Of a stretch of DNA of 64,000 nucleotides, positions 51,780-64,000 are shown one piece after another. Positions within the stretch are counted from its first letter, which is position 1; each line of letters starts with the position of its first letter. The translations under genes and the position numbers were made by a program. Source of the DNA: the human T2T-CHM13v2.0 reference genome, Homo sapiens; assembly GCF_009914755.1 (NCBI RefSeq), contig NC_060936.1. One strand, written 5' to 3'. Under the pieces are notes generated by a model. That model saw only the letters and a program-made list of their open reading frames with translations. It was not told the origin of the DNA and searched no databases.

Positions 51780-52212
51780 TCGCGTGTGCACACCTGAGAG
51801 CTCACGCGTGTCTGTGGGTACTCAGGGTGCGATGTGTACACAGATCTGAATGCAGGCGCACGTGCCCATGAGCACGCACGTCCAGAGAGACGCACGTCTG
51901 CTTATCCACAAGGTGCACGCGTGTCTGGATCTGCACAGGTGCGCGTCTGCTCGTGGACACGCAGAGGCGGGTGGGGCTGTGCACGTATGCCTGTCTGCAC
52001 AGGAGGCTGGAAACATAACCGCATGTGACTTGAGGGCCTGTGTGTGATGGTGTCGGGGTCTGCGGCGTGCCTGGTAGGCATGTGTGTGTGTTTGCCAAGG
52101 TTACATGTGCCTGTATGTTCATGCTTATCTTGGCGTGTCTGCATGTTTGGTGTACAGAGTAGATGTCTGTGTGCATGTGTGCTATCCAGCACGCATGTGT
52201 GCATATGGTGGG
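51780..52212. repeat. (TG/CA)-rich low-complexity tract
   Basis: Degenerate gtgtgc/gcacgt repeats. Confidence 0.6.
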
Positions 52213-53079
52213 TGCAGGGAAAGAATGTAAGATCGGGGAGCTGGAAAGGACACGCCCTCGCCTGGCCAGCCGAGGATGCCTGTCCTTGGTTGCCATGGCA
52301 AGCCCTGGCATCTGCACGTGGCCTCGGCACAGCCCCTCCCCCCGGGTCTGCTCCCAGGGCCCCAGGCAGGCGCTGCTTACCAGGGCAGGTGCTTCCCCCG
52401 CGGGTGTGGCAGGCTGGGGTGGGAGCTCATGGGCCCCTGCACCTGCAGAGGGTCTCCCCATCACCCTGGTCAGGTGCTGGAGGGACCCCTGAGCTGCCCC
52501 CGTTGTCCTGGCCTGGGCAGAGGCAGTGGCAGGCAGACAGCCCTGGGCAGGGACACACCTGGAATCAGACCAAGGCTGCGGCACAGCCCAGCAAGCAGGG
52601 CGTCGGCCTGTGGTTTCTGACTTGAGAGTCACTGGGCGACAGTATCTCCGAGGCCAGAGCAGTCCCTGGAGATGGAACGGGCATCCTCCCAGGGTGCCCG
52701 GAGCCCAGGGAAAGACGGGGACGGCAGAAGGAACTGCAGGTGGCGCCCACAGGTGCGCAGCTGAGACCCCATCACCACATCCCGGGGCCGTCAGGCATGA
52801 GTTGACCCTGAGGTGACGTCGGCGCCATGCCTGGGGTGACATCGGCACCATGCCTGGGGTCACCAGGGCCGTGCTGAGCCAAAGCGCCCTGGCAGCTGGC
52901 TGCGAAGCTCGTGCACCCACGGGTGCAGCCACGGGGCTGGTTCTGACCCAGGCCACGCCCGCCCACTCTGCAGCCTCCGTCCTCATTGGTACAACAGGGG
53001 CAACGGGGCTCAGTTTGCGTGTCCTGTTCCAGAAAGTTCTAGAGATGGCCTGTGCCCTGTTGCTGCTGTCACTGTTGCT

Positions 53080-53624
53080 GCTGTTTCATCTACACTGAAG
53101 ATCTGCTGTGAGTGTAGCCGCCTTCATCCGTGATCTCAGCTGGATCTTCCATCGGGGAGCTGGACGTGCTGCCTCACCTGCACTTCTGTGTGATGGAGGT
53201 GGCTTCTGTCCCTAAACCTCAGGAAGCCACCTCTGCCAGCTGCCAGCTTTTCTTCTGGAGCTTCCTCACCTCTCTCAGCCTCCACAGAATTGAGGAGAGT
53301 TACAGCCTTGGTCTGGATCCGGCTGTGGCTTGAGGAGACGTCGTGGCTGGTTTGATCTTCTATCCGACCGCCACCACGTTTTCCACATTGGCAACAGCCT
53401 TTTCGCTTCCTTCCCAATCGTGTGTCCACTGGAGTAGCACTTACACTTTCCTTCAAGGACTTTTCCTTTATACTCAAAACTTGGCTAACTCTTTTGCACA
53501 AGAGGCCTGGCTTTCCGCCTGTCCAGATTTTGGCATGCCCTTCTCACCAGGCTTAGCCATTCCTAACTTCTGATTTGAAGGAGAGACCTGCAACCCTTCC
53601 TACCATTTGAACATCCGAGGCCAC
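53080..53624 (-). pseudogene. Degenerate Tigger1 transposase N-terminus (CENP-B-type HTH up to the first catalytic Asp region)
   Basis: ORF 53136-53501 (VSQVLSIKEKSLKESVSATPVDTR...IEDQTS...IQTKAVTLLNSVEAERGEEAPEEKLAAGRGGFLRFRDRSHLH) aligns by eye with Tigger1/TIGD1; start codon is GTG at 53624 and frameshifts are present. Confidence 0.85.
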
Positions 53625-53867
53625 TGGAGGGTATCACGTGGCCTGACTTCAGTGCTCTGTGTCTCAGGGACTAGACAGGCCTGAGGAGAGGGAGAGGGAT
53701 GGGGAAGCTGCTGGTCGGTGGAGCAGTCGGAACACACAACATGGATGGATTAAGCTTCCTGTCTTATATGGGGACAGTTTGTGGTGCCCCAAAACAATGA
53801 TCATACTAATATCAAAACTCACTGATCACAGATCACCGAACAGATATAATAAAGATGGAAATGTTCT

Positions 53868-54201
<334 letters not shown>

Positions 54202-54819
54202 TCATGACCCGTGGCGACGTGAGCACTGGCTGTTGGAAAAGTGGCATCGACAGACTTGCTCCACGAGGCGGCCGCACCCCCAGTGTGTGAAACACCCACA
54301 GGTGACTGCAGTGAGCGAGGCTGGCCTATGAGCCCGCCAGGTGGAAGTCAGCATTTTTCTCTCTTAAAGGGGCTGTGTGGATTCCAGCACGTTACAGTCA
54401 AGGCAGCCAGGCCCCCAGCTTCACTGCGGTAGGAGCGGAGGGTCGGCTCAGAGTGGGCCCCGTTTACTGACCCCGTGCTGTGGCTCTGCAGACACAGCCC
54501 GAGCCCCCAGCGCCAGCCCAAGGCAAGCCCCATCCTCGGGGTCCCCTTCCTGCGCTCAGCCCAGCCCCTCACCTGTTGCAGCAGAGAGTTTACCACCCCG
54601 GTGAGCGGTGCCAGCATCGCCCAGCCTTCACGACATCACGGCCTGGACACGTGACCTCGCTGGTGGGAGCCGGCATCCGTCATCATCGTCCTGATTGTAG
54701 GGCCCCGGCAAGTAGCGGCCTCTCCGGAGAACACAGACGAGCACCATGCAGAGAAGTGTCGTGGTTTCACTCACCCTCACATGCCCACGGAGAAGCAAGA
54801 CTCCACCTTGGTCCCAAAG

Positions 54820-55585
54820 GAGAGAGAACCTGACCCCAAAGGAGGGAGAGACCCTGAGCCTGAAGGAGAGAGAGACCCTGAGCTCGAAGGAGGGAAAGAC
54901 CCTGAGCCCGAAGGAGAGAGAGACCCTGAGTCCGAAGGAGAGAGAGACCCTGAGCCCGAAGGAGGGAAAGAACCTGAGCCCGAAGGAGAGAGAGACCCTC
55001 AGCCGGAAGGAGGGAAAGACCCTGAGCCCGAAAGAGACAGAGACCCTGAGCCCGAAGGAGAGAGAGACCCTGACCCCGAAGGAGAAGGAGAGACCCTGAG
55101 CCCAAAGGAGAGAGAGACCCTGAGCCCGAAGGAGAAGGAGAGACCCTGAGCCCGAAGGAGAGAGAGACCCTCAGCCGGAAGGAGGGAAAGACCCTGAGCC
55201 CAAAAGAGACAGACACCCTGAGCCCGAAGGAGAAGGAGAGAGAGACCCTGAGCCTGAAGGAGAAGGAGAGAGAGACCCTGAGCCCGAAGGAGAAGGAGAG
55301 AGAGACCCTGAGCCCGAAGGGGAGAGAGAGCCTGAGCCCGAAGGAGAAGGAGAGAGAGACCCTGAGCCTGAAGGAGAGAGAGACCCTGAGCCCGAAGGGG
55401 AGAGAGACCCTGAGCCCACCTGTCCCCCCGGCCCGCCAGGCTCCCTCCTGAATCGAAGGGCTCTGCTCCCGCCCCGAAGGAGAAGGAGAGACCCTGAGCC
55501 CGAAGGGGAGAGAGAGCCTGAGCCCACCTGTCCCTCCGGCCCGCCAGGCTCCCTCCTGAATCGAAGGGCTCTGCTCCCGCCCCCC
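54820..55585. repeat. 24/30-bp minisatellite (gagaccctgagcccgaaggagaga)n ending in a ~110-bp duplication
   Basis: Tandem units; cacctgtccc...tgaatcgaagggctctgctcccgcccc occurs twice (near 55417 and 55525). Confidence 0.96.
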
Positions 55586-55664
55586 AACCCCCACTGGCTC
55601 CCCTGCACCCTCTGCTCGGGGCAGCAGAGCCGGCTTAGAGGCACCTGGCTTCAGCCCCAGGGCT

Positions 55665-55945
55665 TTAGGGTAAGAACACAATGAGACTGGGTAATTCTCA
55701 CAGAAACTTACTTCTCACAGTGCTGGGGGCTGAAAGTCCAAGGCCAAGGCACCCGCATTTGGTGAGGGCTGCTCTCTACCCAAGACGGTGCCTGGCGTGC
55801 AGTGTCCCCTGGAGGGAGAAATGCGGGTCCTCAGGAGGCAATGGCGGGAAGGACAGACCCCCGATAAGGCTCTTTCTGGGGGCACTAATCCCATAAGGAG
55901 GGGCCCTCAGGCCAGTCACCACTTCACACCATCACATCGGCAAAC
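55665..55945 (-). mobile_element. MaLR LTR (MST/MLT1A-like)
   Basis: gagactgggtaatt...ttctcacagtgctgggggctgaaagtccaag...tggtgagggctgctctct...ggcactaatcccat...accatcacat. Confidence 0.75.
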
Positions 55946-56036
55946 GCAGGTTCCTGGCTTATTTCCTTCTCCCCAGACTCCACCCCCGACCTCACACAGA
56001 GCGGGAACTCAGTAGGTATCTGTCAAATGAATAAAC

Positions 56037-56266
56037 AGAAGAAAGGAATGTGGGGGGTGGGAGGGAAGCACTGGAGAGGAGGGGAGAGAGGATGGAGGGG
56101 AGAGAAGAAGGAAGGGAGGGAGGAGGGAGGGGAGAGACGAAGGAAGGGAGGGGAGGGAGGAAGGAGGGAGAGAGGAAGGAAGGGAGGGAGGAGGGAGGGG
56201 AGAGAGGACAGAGGAAAAAGGAAGGCAGGGAGGAGGGAGGGAGAGAGGGAGGGAGGAGGAAGGGGG
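56037..56266. repeat. GA-rich polypurine tract following an L2 3' end
   Basis: cagtaggtatctgtcaaatgaataaa followed by degenerate (GGAG/GGAA)n. Confidence 0.85.
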
Positions 56267-56649
56267 CAAGCGCTCAGTGGTGAACGGCAGACGGGTAGTG
56301 GCTGGCCAGGCCTGCCCAACACAGGGTTGGGTTGTTCCTGGGGCCGGGGACCCAAGGCTTATGCAATCAGGAGCCAGGCTTTGTGGGTGCAGGAGCCGGA
56401 GAGCAGCCCCCAGCCACACACCTCAGGCTCGGTGGACATCTGGGAGGGGTGCCTGGGCCGGTGCAGGCGAGCACTGCGCTGCCCCTGTGGCCCCTGAGCC
56501 AGGGCTGAGGCTGAGCAGGTGCTGCCTGCCTGCCTGCCCTCTCAGCCTGGGTCTGGGAGATCCACAACCACAATGGGGGTTCTCTGAAGCTCAGGCTGGA
56601 AGAGACGCCACGTGGAGGAAAGCGGAGGAAACAGAATTCCCAGAGACGG

Positions 56650-56802
56650 AGCTGGAGCCTGAACAACCTCCAACTGCAGCCTGGGAATCAAGGGCCAGGT
56701 CCCTCCTCCAGCGCTGCGTTGATCATGCTGGTGCCTGAACAACCTCCAGCTGCAGCCTGGGAATCAAGGGCCAGGTCCCTCCTCCAGGGCTGCGTTGATC
56801 AT
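56650..56802. repeat. 76-bp tandem duplication
   Basis: cctgaacaacctcca...gctgcgttgatcat starts at 56658 and 56734. Confidence 0.93.
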
Positions 56803-58404
56803 CACGGAAAGTTGTGCAGCCAGGGGAGGAGGCTATGTGGCCCCACGCCCCACCGCACGCTCCCACCGCCAGCTTCTCTCTGGAGCTCTGCAAGGATGGG
56901 CTATGATCACCCGTGATACTGATCTGCCGTGTTTCGTGTTTAAATTGCTGAGCTGCAGCGTGGCTTCGTGGGGGCTGGCAGGAAGCTGGGACACCGCAGA
57001 TGTGGAACAAAGCAAGAGGCCGCTCGAGGGTCGTCGGGAAAACAGTTAGAACCAATGAATGCTTGTCACCTTCACACTGCCTCCCACCACGGCAGGGTCC
57101 ATGGCCACAGCCAGCGTTTGCGAGACCCCAGGCCTGCGGACGGTGGGGCTCCCGGGGTCTGAAGGGTTGGGGGCCAAGCACTAGCAAGAGTCAGGAGATT
57201 TCTGGAGACTGAGGTTGAGGTCATCGAGGACACCTCTGTTTGCCCCTCTTTCAAGTAAATGACCCCATCCCCCCAGCGGAGGGCAGGAACCCAGTCCTCG
57301 GGTTGGGGCTCAGGATCACTTCCAAAGGTATCCCTGTTTCCTGCACAGCCACAGGCCCTAGAGTAGAGCTGGGAGGGCTCCAGGGTGGGTGATGGGGCAC
57401 GTGACACCAGTACCGCTATGCGTCCGGCCCACCCGAGCCTCCGTGCTGTGCAAGGAGCGGGCTGCACCCCAGAGCTCCCCGGTGGCTTCGGGGCGGCAGG
57501 CGGGCGGGCGGGCGGTCTGACGAGGCCTCATGTGTCCCACTCTCTCCCTGCGCGGGAGCCACGTGTGCAGCAGCCACTGCGTCTCTCGACAGCCCCTGAG
57601 GGCTCGGGGCCGCCGCCCCGTGAGGGAGGCGAGGATGTCCTGCCTGGTGGCCTCCGGGGCCCCTCGGCCCTGCCCATGCCTCTGGGAACATCTGTCTGCC
57701 GATGTTCATGTCAATGGCTTCCTGCTGGTGCCCTTGGTGACTGAGAACACCACTGGGTCTCCAACGCTGACTGAAGGCAGCCATGAGGCTGGAGGTGATG
57801 AAGCTGCAGGCAAGAGGGCCTCATGCAGCTCCGTATCCTAGAAACCAACACCCACTGCCGCCCGTCACCCCCAAGCCACCTGCTCACCCCACACCACCAT
57901 GGTCCACAGTACTCACACCATCACTGGCCCCAGTGGCAGCACCGCCAGACACAACACCACCGCCCGCCCCAGACCAGCCCCACAGCACCCCCGGCCCTAC
58001 CACCATCCCTGCCGCCAACACGGCCCCGCTGCCGGCCGGCTTGTCTTTGCCACCGACAGGCTGAGCATGAGCCCCCACGTGGGGCCTGGCCCAGTGTTGG
58101 GGAACCCAGAGTGAAGTTGACAGCCAGGGGCCCTGCTCAGGCAGTTTCTGGTCCAGGGACGGTGAGAGGCAGCGACAGATCAGCACACACGTGTGGCCTC
58201 GCCGGGGCCGGCTGTGGATCGCATGAGGCCTGGTGCAAAACCAACGGGCAGGGCCCTCGTTCTAAAAGCAGAAAACGGCGTGATCACAGGAACTGCGTTC
58301 CTTCCTTCCTTTTTTTTTTCTCTTTTTGTGACAGGGTCTCCCTCTGTCACCCAGGCTGCAGTGCAGCAGCACAATCTCAGCCAGAAGGGGGAGAAACCAC
58401 AGTG

Positions 58405-58536
58405 AGCTCGAGCTCCACAGGCTGCAACAGGCGCAAGGCTGGGTCCATCTCCGCTATCCACAGACCTAGGAGGAGACGCCGCGGTTCCTGAGTCTGAACT
58501 GGAGGTAACAATATTCCTGCTCTGAGGAGCTCCCGG
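58405..58536 (+). repeat. Left arm of a 132-bp dispersed inverted repeat
   Basis: Reverse complement of 60361-60492; ungapped, 16 mismatches by hand count. Confidence 0.92.
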
Positions 58537-58923
58537 AGCTGCTCCGGAAATGGAGAAGGTGGCTGGAACTCTGTCGTCTGAAAGCGAGAGCTCACAGTAT
58601 AATATACGAGCAAAAAATATAAAACTATGGCCTATCACTTCCAGACATGGGAGATCCAACCTCGTTCTCCATCCCCATCCTCCCCCATGGTGGAGGCTCG
58701 CAAGGCCCTGAGGCTCGCCAGGATCTCCAGATTTGGGGAAGGTGAAAGCCGTCTTTACCCTCCTCTACCTCGAACTGGACCGCCTGACATCTCAAGCCAG
58801 GAACCACCGCGCAGGGGCGGTCATGGCGAGGGACTCACAGCCTGGGGGACGCACACCGCATTTTTTAATGGCTCTAGTTTTATCAAAAGTAAACATCCAT
58901 GTGGCTTAAAAAGCCAGTTTTAC

Positions 58924-59729
<806 letters not shown>

Positions 59730-60360
59730 TCATCCATCGTTCTCCCTGGAGACAGCCCCGTTTAGACTTCTCTCCCCTGATTCCCGAAACGCAGCCCCGG
59801 GTCTCTGCATGACAAGCAGGGCTTGCTGCTCCCCGGCTGTGTAGCACTAACGTTGTCTTCCGACTTCGAACTGTGAAGCAAGGATTCCTCTCTGGTCTCC
59901 CCCACCATAACCCACCCCACGTGGAATCTGAGGCCATGTTAAACATGCAGATTCCCTGGCTCTGCCGGTCTTGGGCAGGCGGTCCTAACACACACAAGGC
60001 TCTGTGGTAAGGGCCAGGGCCCCAGAGTAGGGGGTCCCTCAGGGGCTCTGAGCTGCGGCTCCAACAGAACCTCTGTCCGCTCCACTCCCTGCAAGGGGCC
60101 TCCGGCCCTTGTTCTGCTCATCCGGACCACAGACCTCTTCTCGTTCCTGGGGAAGGACAGTTGGCCTCCGGCCTGGAGCTCTGTCTTTAGTTTTTTAGCC
60201 TCAAATCTGCCAGCTTCAGGTTTGGGGACTCTGCTGAGGCAGCCTCGGGGGTGGCTTGACCCTGCCAGCGAGTGGGTTGAGGGCGTGTCAGGAGCCGGGT
60301 GTGGGTTGAGAGCACATTCGGCGCCAGGCACAGGGGCTTCGGTCGGCTTATGTGCTCTTC

Positions 60361-60492
60361 CCGGGAGCTCCTCAGAGCAGGAATATTGTTATGTCCATTT
60401 CAGATTCAGGAACCGCGACATCTCCTCCTAGGTCCATGGAGAACAGAGATGGACCCAGCCTTGCACCTGTTCCAGCCTCCAGAGCTCGAGCT
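60361..60492 (-). repeat. Right arm of the 132-bp dispersed inverted repeat
   Basis: Matches 58405-58536; also visible as the shared peptide PGAPQSRNIV...SDSGTA.SPPRS in ORFs on opposite strands. Confidence 0.92.
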
Positions 60493-60711
60493 TGCCGTGG
60501 CTCCTCTGCCTGTCTTCAGATGGGAAGAGCTGGGCACTGGCCTCTACCAATCCCTCCCCACTCAGCCATCCGTCTGAGTCCAGTGCCATGGGCCCTGGCA
60601 TTCAGCCATGTGTCCAGGTTCAGTGCCACGGGTCCTGGCGTCAGCAGCTCCGGCTCTGCCAGAGGCCAGTGGAGGCACCCTGGTTCCCACGCCCTCCCTG
60701 CTCCTGCCATG

Positions 60712-60826
60712 CGTCTGGTCACAGCAGGTTTGCGGTCACCCTCTGGGTCCCTACCCCGGCCACCCACTCGTCTGGTCAGAGCAGGTTTGCGGTCACCCTC
60801 TGGGTCCCAACCCCGGCCACCCACTC
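60712..60826. repeat. 57-bp tandem duplication
   Basis: gtctggtca.agcaggtttgcggtcaccctctgggtccc at 60713 and 60770. Confidence 0.93.
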
Positions 60827-61433
60827 CTCAGGCTTCGCTCTCCTAGGGGAGGCTCCCAGATCACTGGGTCTTCCTCACCTGCCTCGGTGGAATCCCGGCT
60901 GTTCGCAGCCGCACTGGATGAAGCTCTCGTCTCCTCTCTGGTTCCTCACAGGTGTCGGTGGACTTCGGGGAAGGCAGGTGCAGCCTCCTGCGTTGGCTCC
61001 ATCACCTCTGGCCAAGGCCATGGCACACACTCTGCCCGCGTTCCTCTGCACTCCCAGGAAGGCGATGCCCCCGGCCCCAGCCTCGGAGAAGTGGACACGA
61101 AGCCCCACTTGCTCTTTGTGGCCGGTTCCATTTTAATTTGGTCTCAACGGAGTAGAAAATGGGAGAGAGCCGGCGCGTGCTCCAGACAGAAATCAGCCAA
61201 CGAGCCCATGAGACCCCAAGTCACTGAATCCCCCCACACTCTGGCGTCTCTGAACAACCCGCAAGGACGTCGGTGCCACGGCTGCTCTGGGGTCTACAGT
61301 GCACGTCCCCGTGGACCCCCGGCTCCTGCAGGTGAAACCCACCACTCCACGGTGATACAAGAACCTTCCCACGTCCCCATGTCTCTCTGCATGGCCTGGG
61401 CACCATGGCTGCCACACTCTATGCGTGTTTTAA

Positions 61434-61773
<340 letters not shown>

Positions 61774-62139
61774 TCAATTACCTTCGACGGATACTTCATC
61801 CATTTGTCAAATCTCAGGTATCTAATTCACCACGCCGTGGCTGTTCCGGGGGCTCCGCGTCTGTCGTCCCACATCTGCGCTGCTCCTGCCGGGAGGACAC
61901 GCCCGTGCCCCACAGCGGGTCCGCTCACCACTGCTCTTTCAGGCATTACCTCCGGAGACACTCGTTCCACCTTTGTCTCTGAGAGATGTTCTTGCTGACA
62001 GGTTTCTTCTTACGACGCTGCCCTTGCGTGGGTTCACTCGCGTTGCTCCTCAGGAGAAATGAGAGCGTGTGTTTTCCTCCGGTGACCTGGAAAGGGACCT
62101 TCTGTGGCTGGCCGGGCACTCTGGCTTCCATGGGCCTCT

Positions 62140-62880
62140 GTCCCATTTCTTCGCCTTTCATGTCCTTGAGGCTTGTTGAGCTTCTATCATCTGTGAGTTC
62201 ACAGTTGGCGTCAGATTTGGAAATTTTGGAGTCATGATTTTTTCATATCTTTTCAGTGTCTCCATGGTCGGCTCTCCTTCAGGGACCCCCATACGTATTA
62301 CGGTTGTGCGTGGGGTACTCTTACACTCACGGGGGTGCCGGGCCCCTGGAACCTGCAACTCACGCAGGATGCTCTTTTAACTTACTCTATTATGTTTCCT
62401 GTTTTATACGGTGCTGTATCGTTGGCTCTGTCTTTAAGATCATTCACCTTTTCCTCCATGTGTGGTCTGTGAACCCCATCCATTGTAGCCTTGATTTCTA
62501 GAAGTTTGGTTTGCATATTTTTAAATGGTCTATGTTTCTACTTAGCTCTTTCAACACAGGGAATGCAGTCAGGATGACTGTCAGTGTCTGTCTGGCGATT
62601 CTAACACTTGTGTTAGTTCTGACCAGGATTTCGCAGTGGATTTTTCCTCCCCTTACGGGTGGGTTTTCCTGCTTCCCCGAATGTAATCTTTGAATCGATG
62701 GCAGACATTGTTAACATCACCTTTGTTGGGTGTGGATGTTTGTGTTTATGTGGAAACATTCCTGCACCTTTTTCTGGCGTGCGGTTCAGTTACATGGAAA
62801 AGGTTTGGCCTCTCAGGTCTTATTTTAAAGTGGCCATCAGGGCCGAATGTTCTGCCCATTTTGTCCACACTAATTATCCC
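62140..62880 (-). mobile_element. Ancient L1 (L1M) 5'/ORF1-region fragment
   Basis: T-rich antisense L1 pattern (ttgttgagcttct...atctgtgagtt...agatttggaaattttgg..., tctccttcagggacccc); probably extends further on both sides. Confidence 0.6.
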
Positions 62881-64000
62881 TCTTTGGGGAGCAAGACCCT
62901 TGTGAGATGCCACCGCCACCCTCGGGAGGCCTCCAGGCTGGGGGACGGGCACTGTGGGCTGCTGGTGTAGGGCCGGACGCTCTCTGACAGTGTTGCCCCT
63001 GGCCTCCAGCGGCTTCCTCCCAAGCTGGGTTGGGGCTCTTCTGAACGCTCCCCTCCATGCCCTGTCCTGGGAACTTTAACCCTCTGGGCCTCCCGGAGCC
63101 CTCTGTCTCCCCTGTCCCAGGGGGTCTGCTGGGCTCCACCGGGCCCCGCCCTGAATGCAGCCTGGAGCAACGCTGGAGGCCGGGGCTAGGAAGCTGTGAG
63201 CCCCGCCTTGTCTGTGTCTTTCTCAGGGATTCTCGTCCTTTCCAACCTGGTGCCCGATGTCCGGAAGCACCTCTTCTGTGTTTTCAAATGGGAGAGCGAA
63301 TCCAGTCCTTTTCACTCCATTTTGGCCAGAAACAGAAGTCCTCCGTGATTTATATTTTTACTAGAGTCTTTTAAAGGGGCACAAATGGGGGTGTTTTGCA
63401 GGCATACAGAAGCCCCCGTCACTCCTCCCGCCTTGTCTCTGAACCGCTGTGGGGTGGGGAGGGGTCTCTTCTCTCTCCAACCCACATCACTTTCACCCCC
63501 CGCCGGCCAAGGCTGCGTTTCCCTCGCCCCCACCCCAGTCCCCCGCGTTGGTAGTGGGATCGGTTTGGTATTCTGAGGCTTCTCTCATTTCTCCTTTATC
63601 ACCATCTGCCCCACAGCAGGCAGGCCCGGAGCCTCTGCAGAAGGGGGAACCGGGTGCAGGCCCAACGCCAGTCTCTCAGTGTGGCAGCCTTGCGCGCGAG
63701 CAGAAGGCAGAAGGCCTAGTTCCTACTCTGCAGCCTTGGCTGCCGGGCACGGAGAACGTTTTAGCAGAAACACCTCTGCAAAACCACTTCCTGGCCCGGG
63801 CCCAGCCAAACACCATCTTCTCCTCCACCCCAGGGCTCCGCCCCCATCTCCAGGCTTAGCCCAGCACCCCCACCCCCGAAACCCCCAGCCCCACTGCATC
63901 TGCCCTGGCCATCTGCCTCCGCCCTGCCTCGCTAACACAGTTATTAATGAGCAATTTTCCTGTAATTACAACGCAGTTATGCCAGTTACCCCGACCTGCT

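Noticed and set aside
51802-52986. 394-aa minus-strand ORF, the longest in the window
   Set aside because: GC-rich sequence partly in a TG low-complexity tract; no recognisable domain, and such length is plausible by chance at this GC content.

Overview
Human/primate GC-rich, non-coding DNA with a subtelomeric character; I cannot assign the locus from sequence alone. I found no supportable protein-coding exon, tRNA, rRNA or CRISPR array, and nearly all listed ORFs come from tandem repeats or high GC. Roughly a fifth of the window (about 14 kb by my tally) is tandem repeat: a >=3.7 kb 43-bp VNTR with nested higher-order structure, about 15 other minisatellites and several microsatellite or low-complexity tracts. 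Much of the rest is transposon fossils: 8 Alus, three ERV1 solo LTRs (MER41-like, LTR15/LTR2-like, and an LTR2 inserted into an Alu), many MaLR LTRs including a probable LTR-internal-LTR unit, a Tigger1 with recognisable transposase, Tigger4a, and L1/L2/MIR fragments. Repeat family names are from recalled consensus sequences and need RepeatMasker confirmation. I do not see a clear new biological system. The best leads are: (i) several VNTRs that each amplify a different transcription-factor motif, including an ARE/AP-1 array whose units differ only by CpG/TpG; (ii) VNTRs born inside old transposons; (iii) a 132-bp ungapped inverted repeat pair around the Alu/LTR2; (iv) a promoter-like CCAAT/GC-box cluster near 42 kb.
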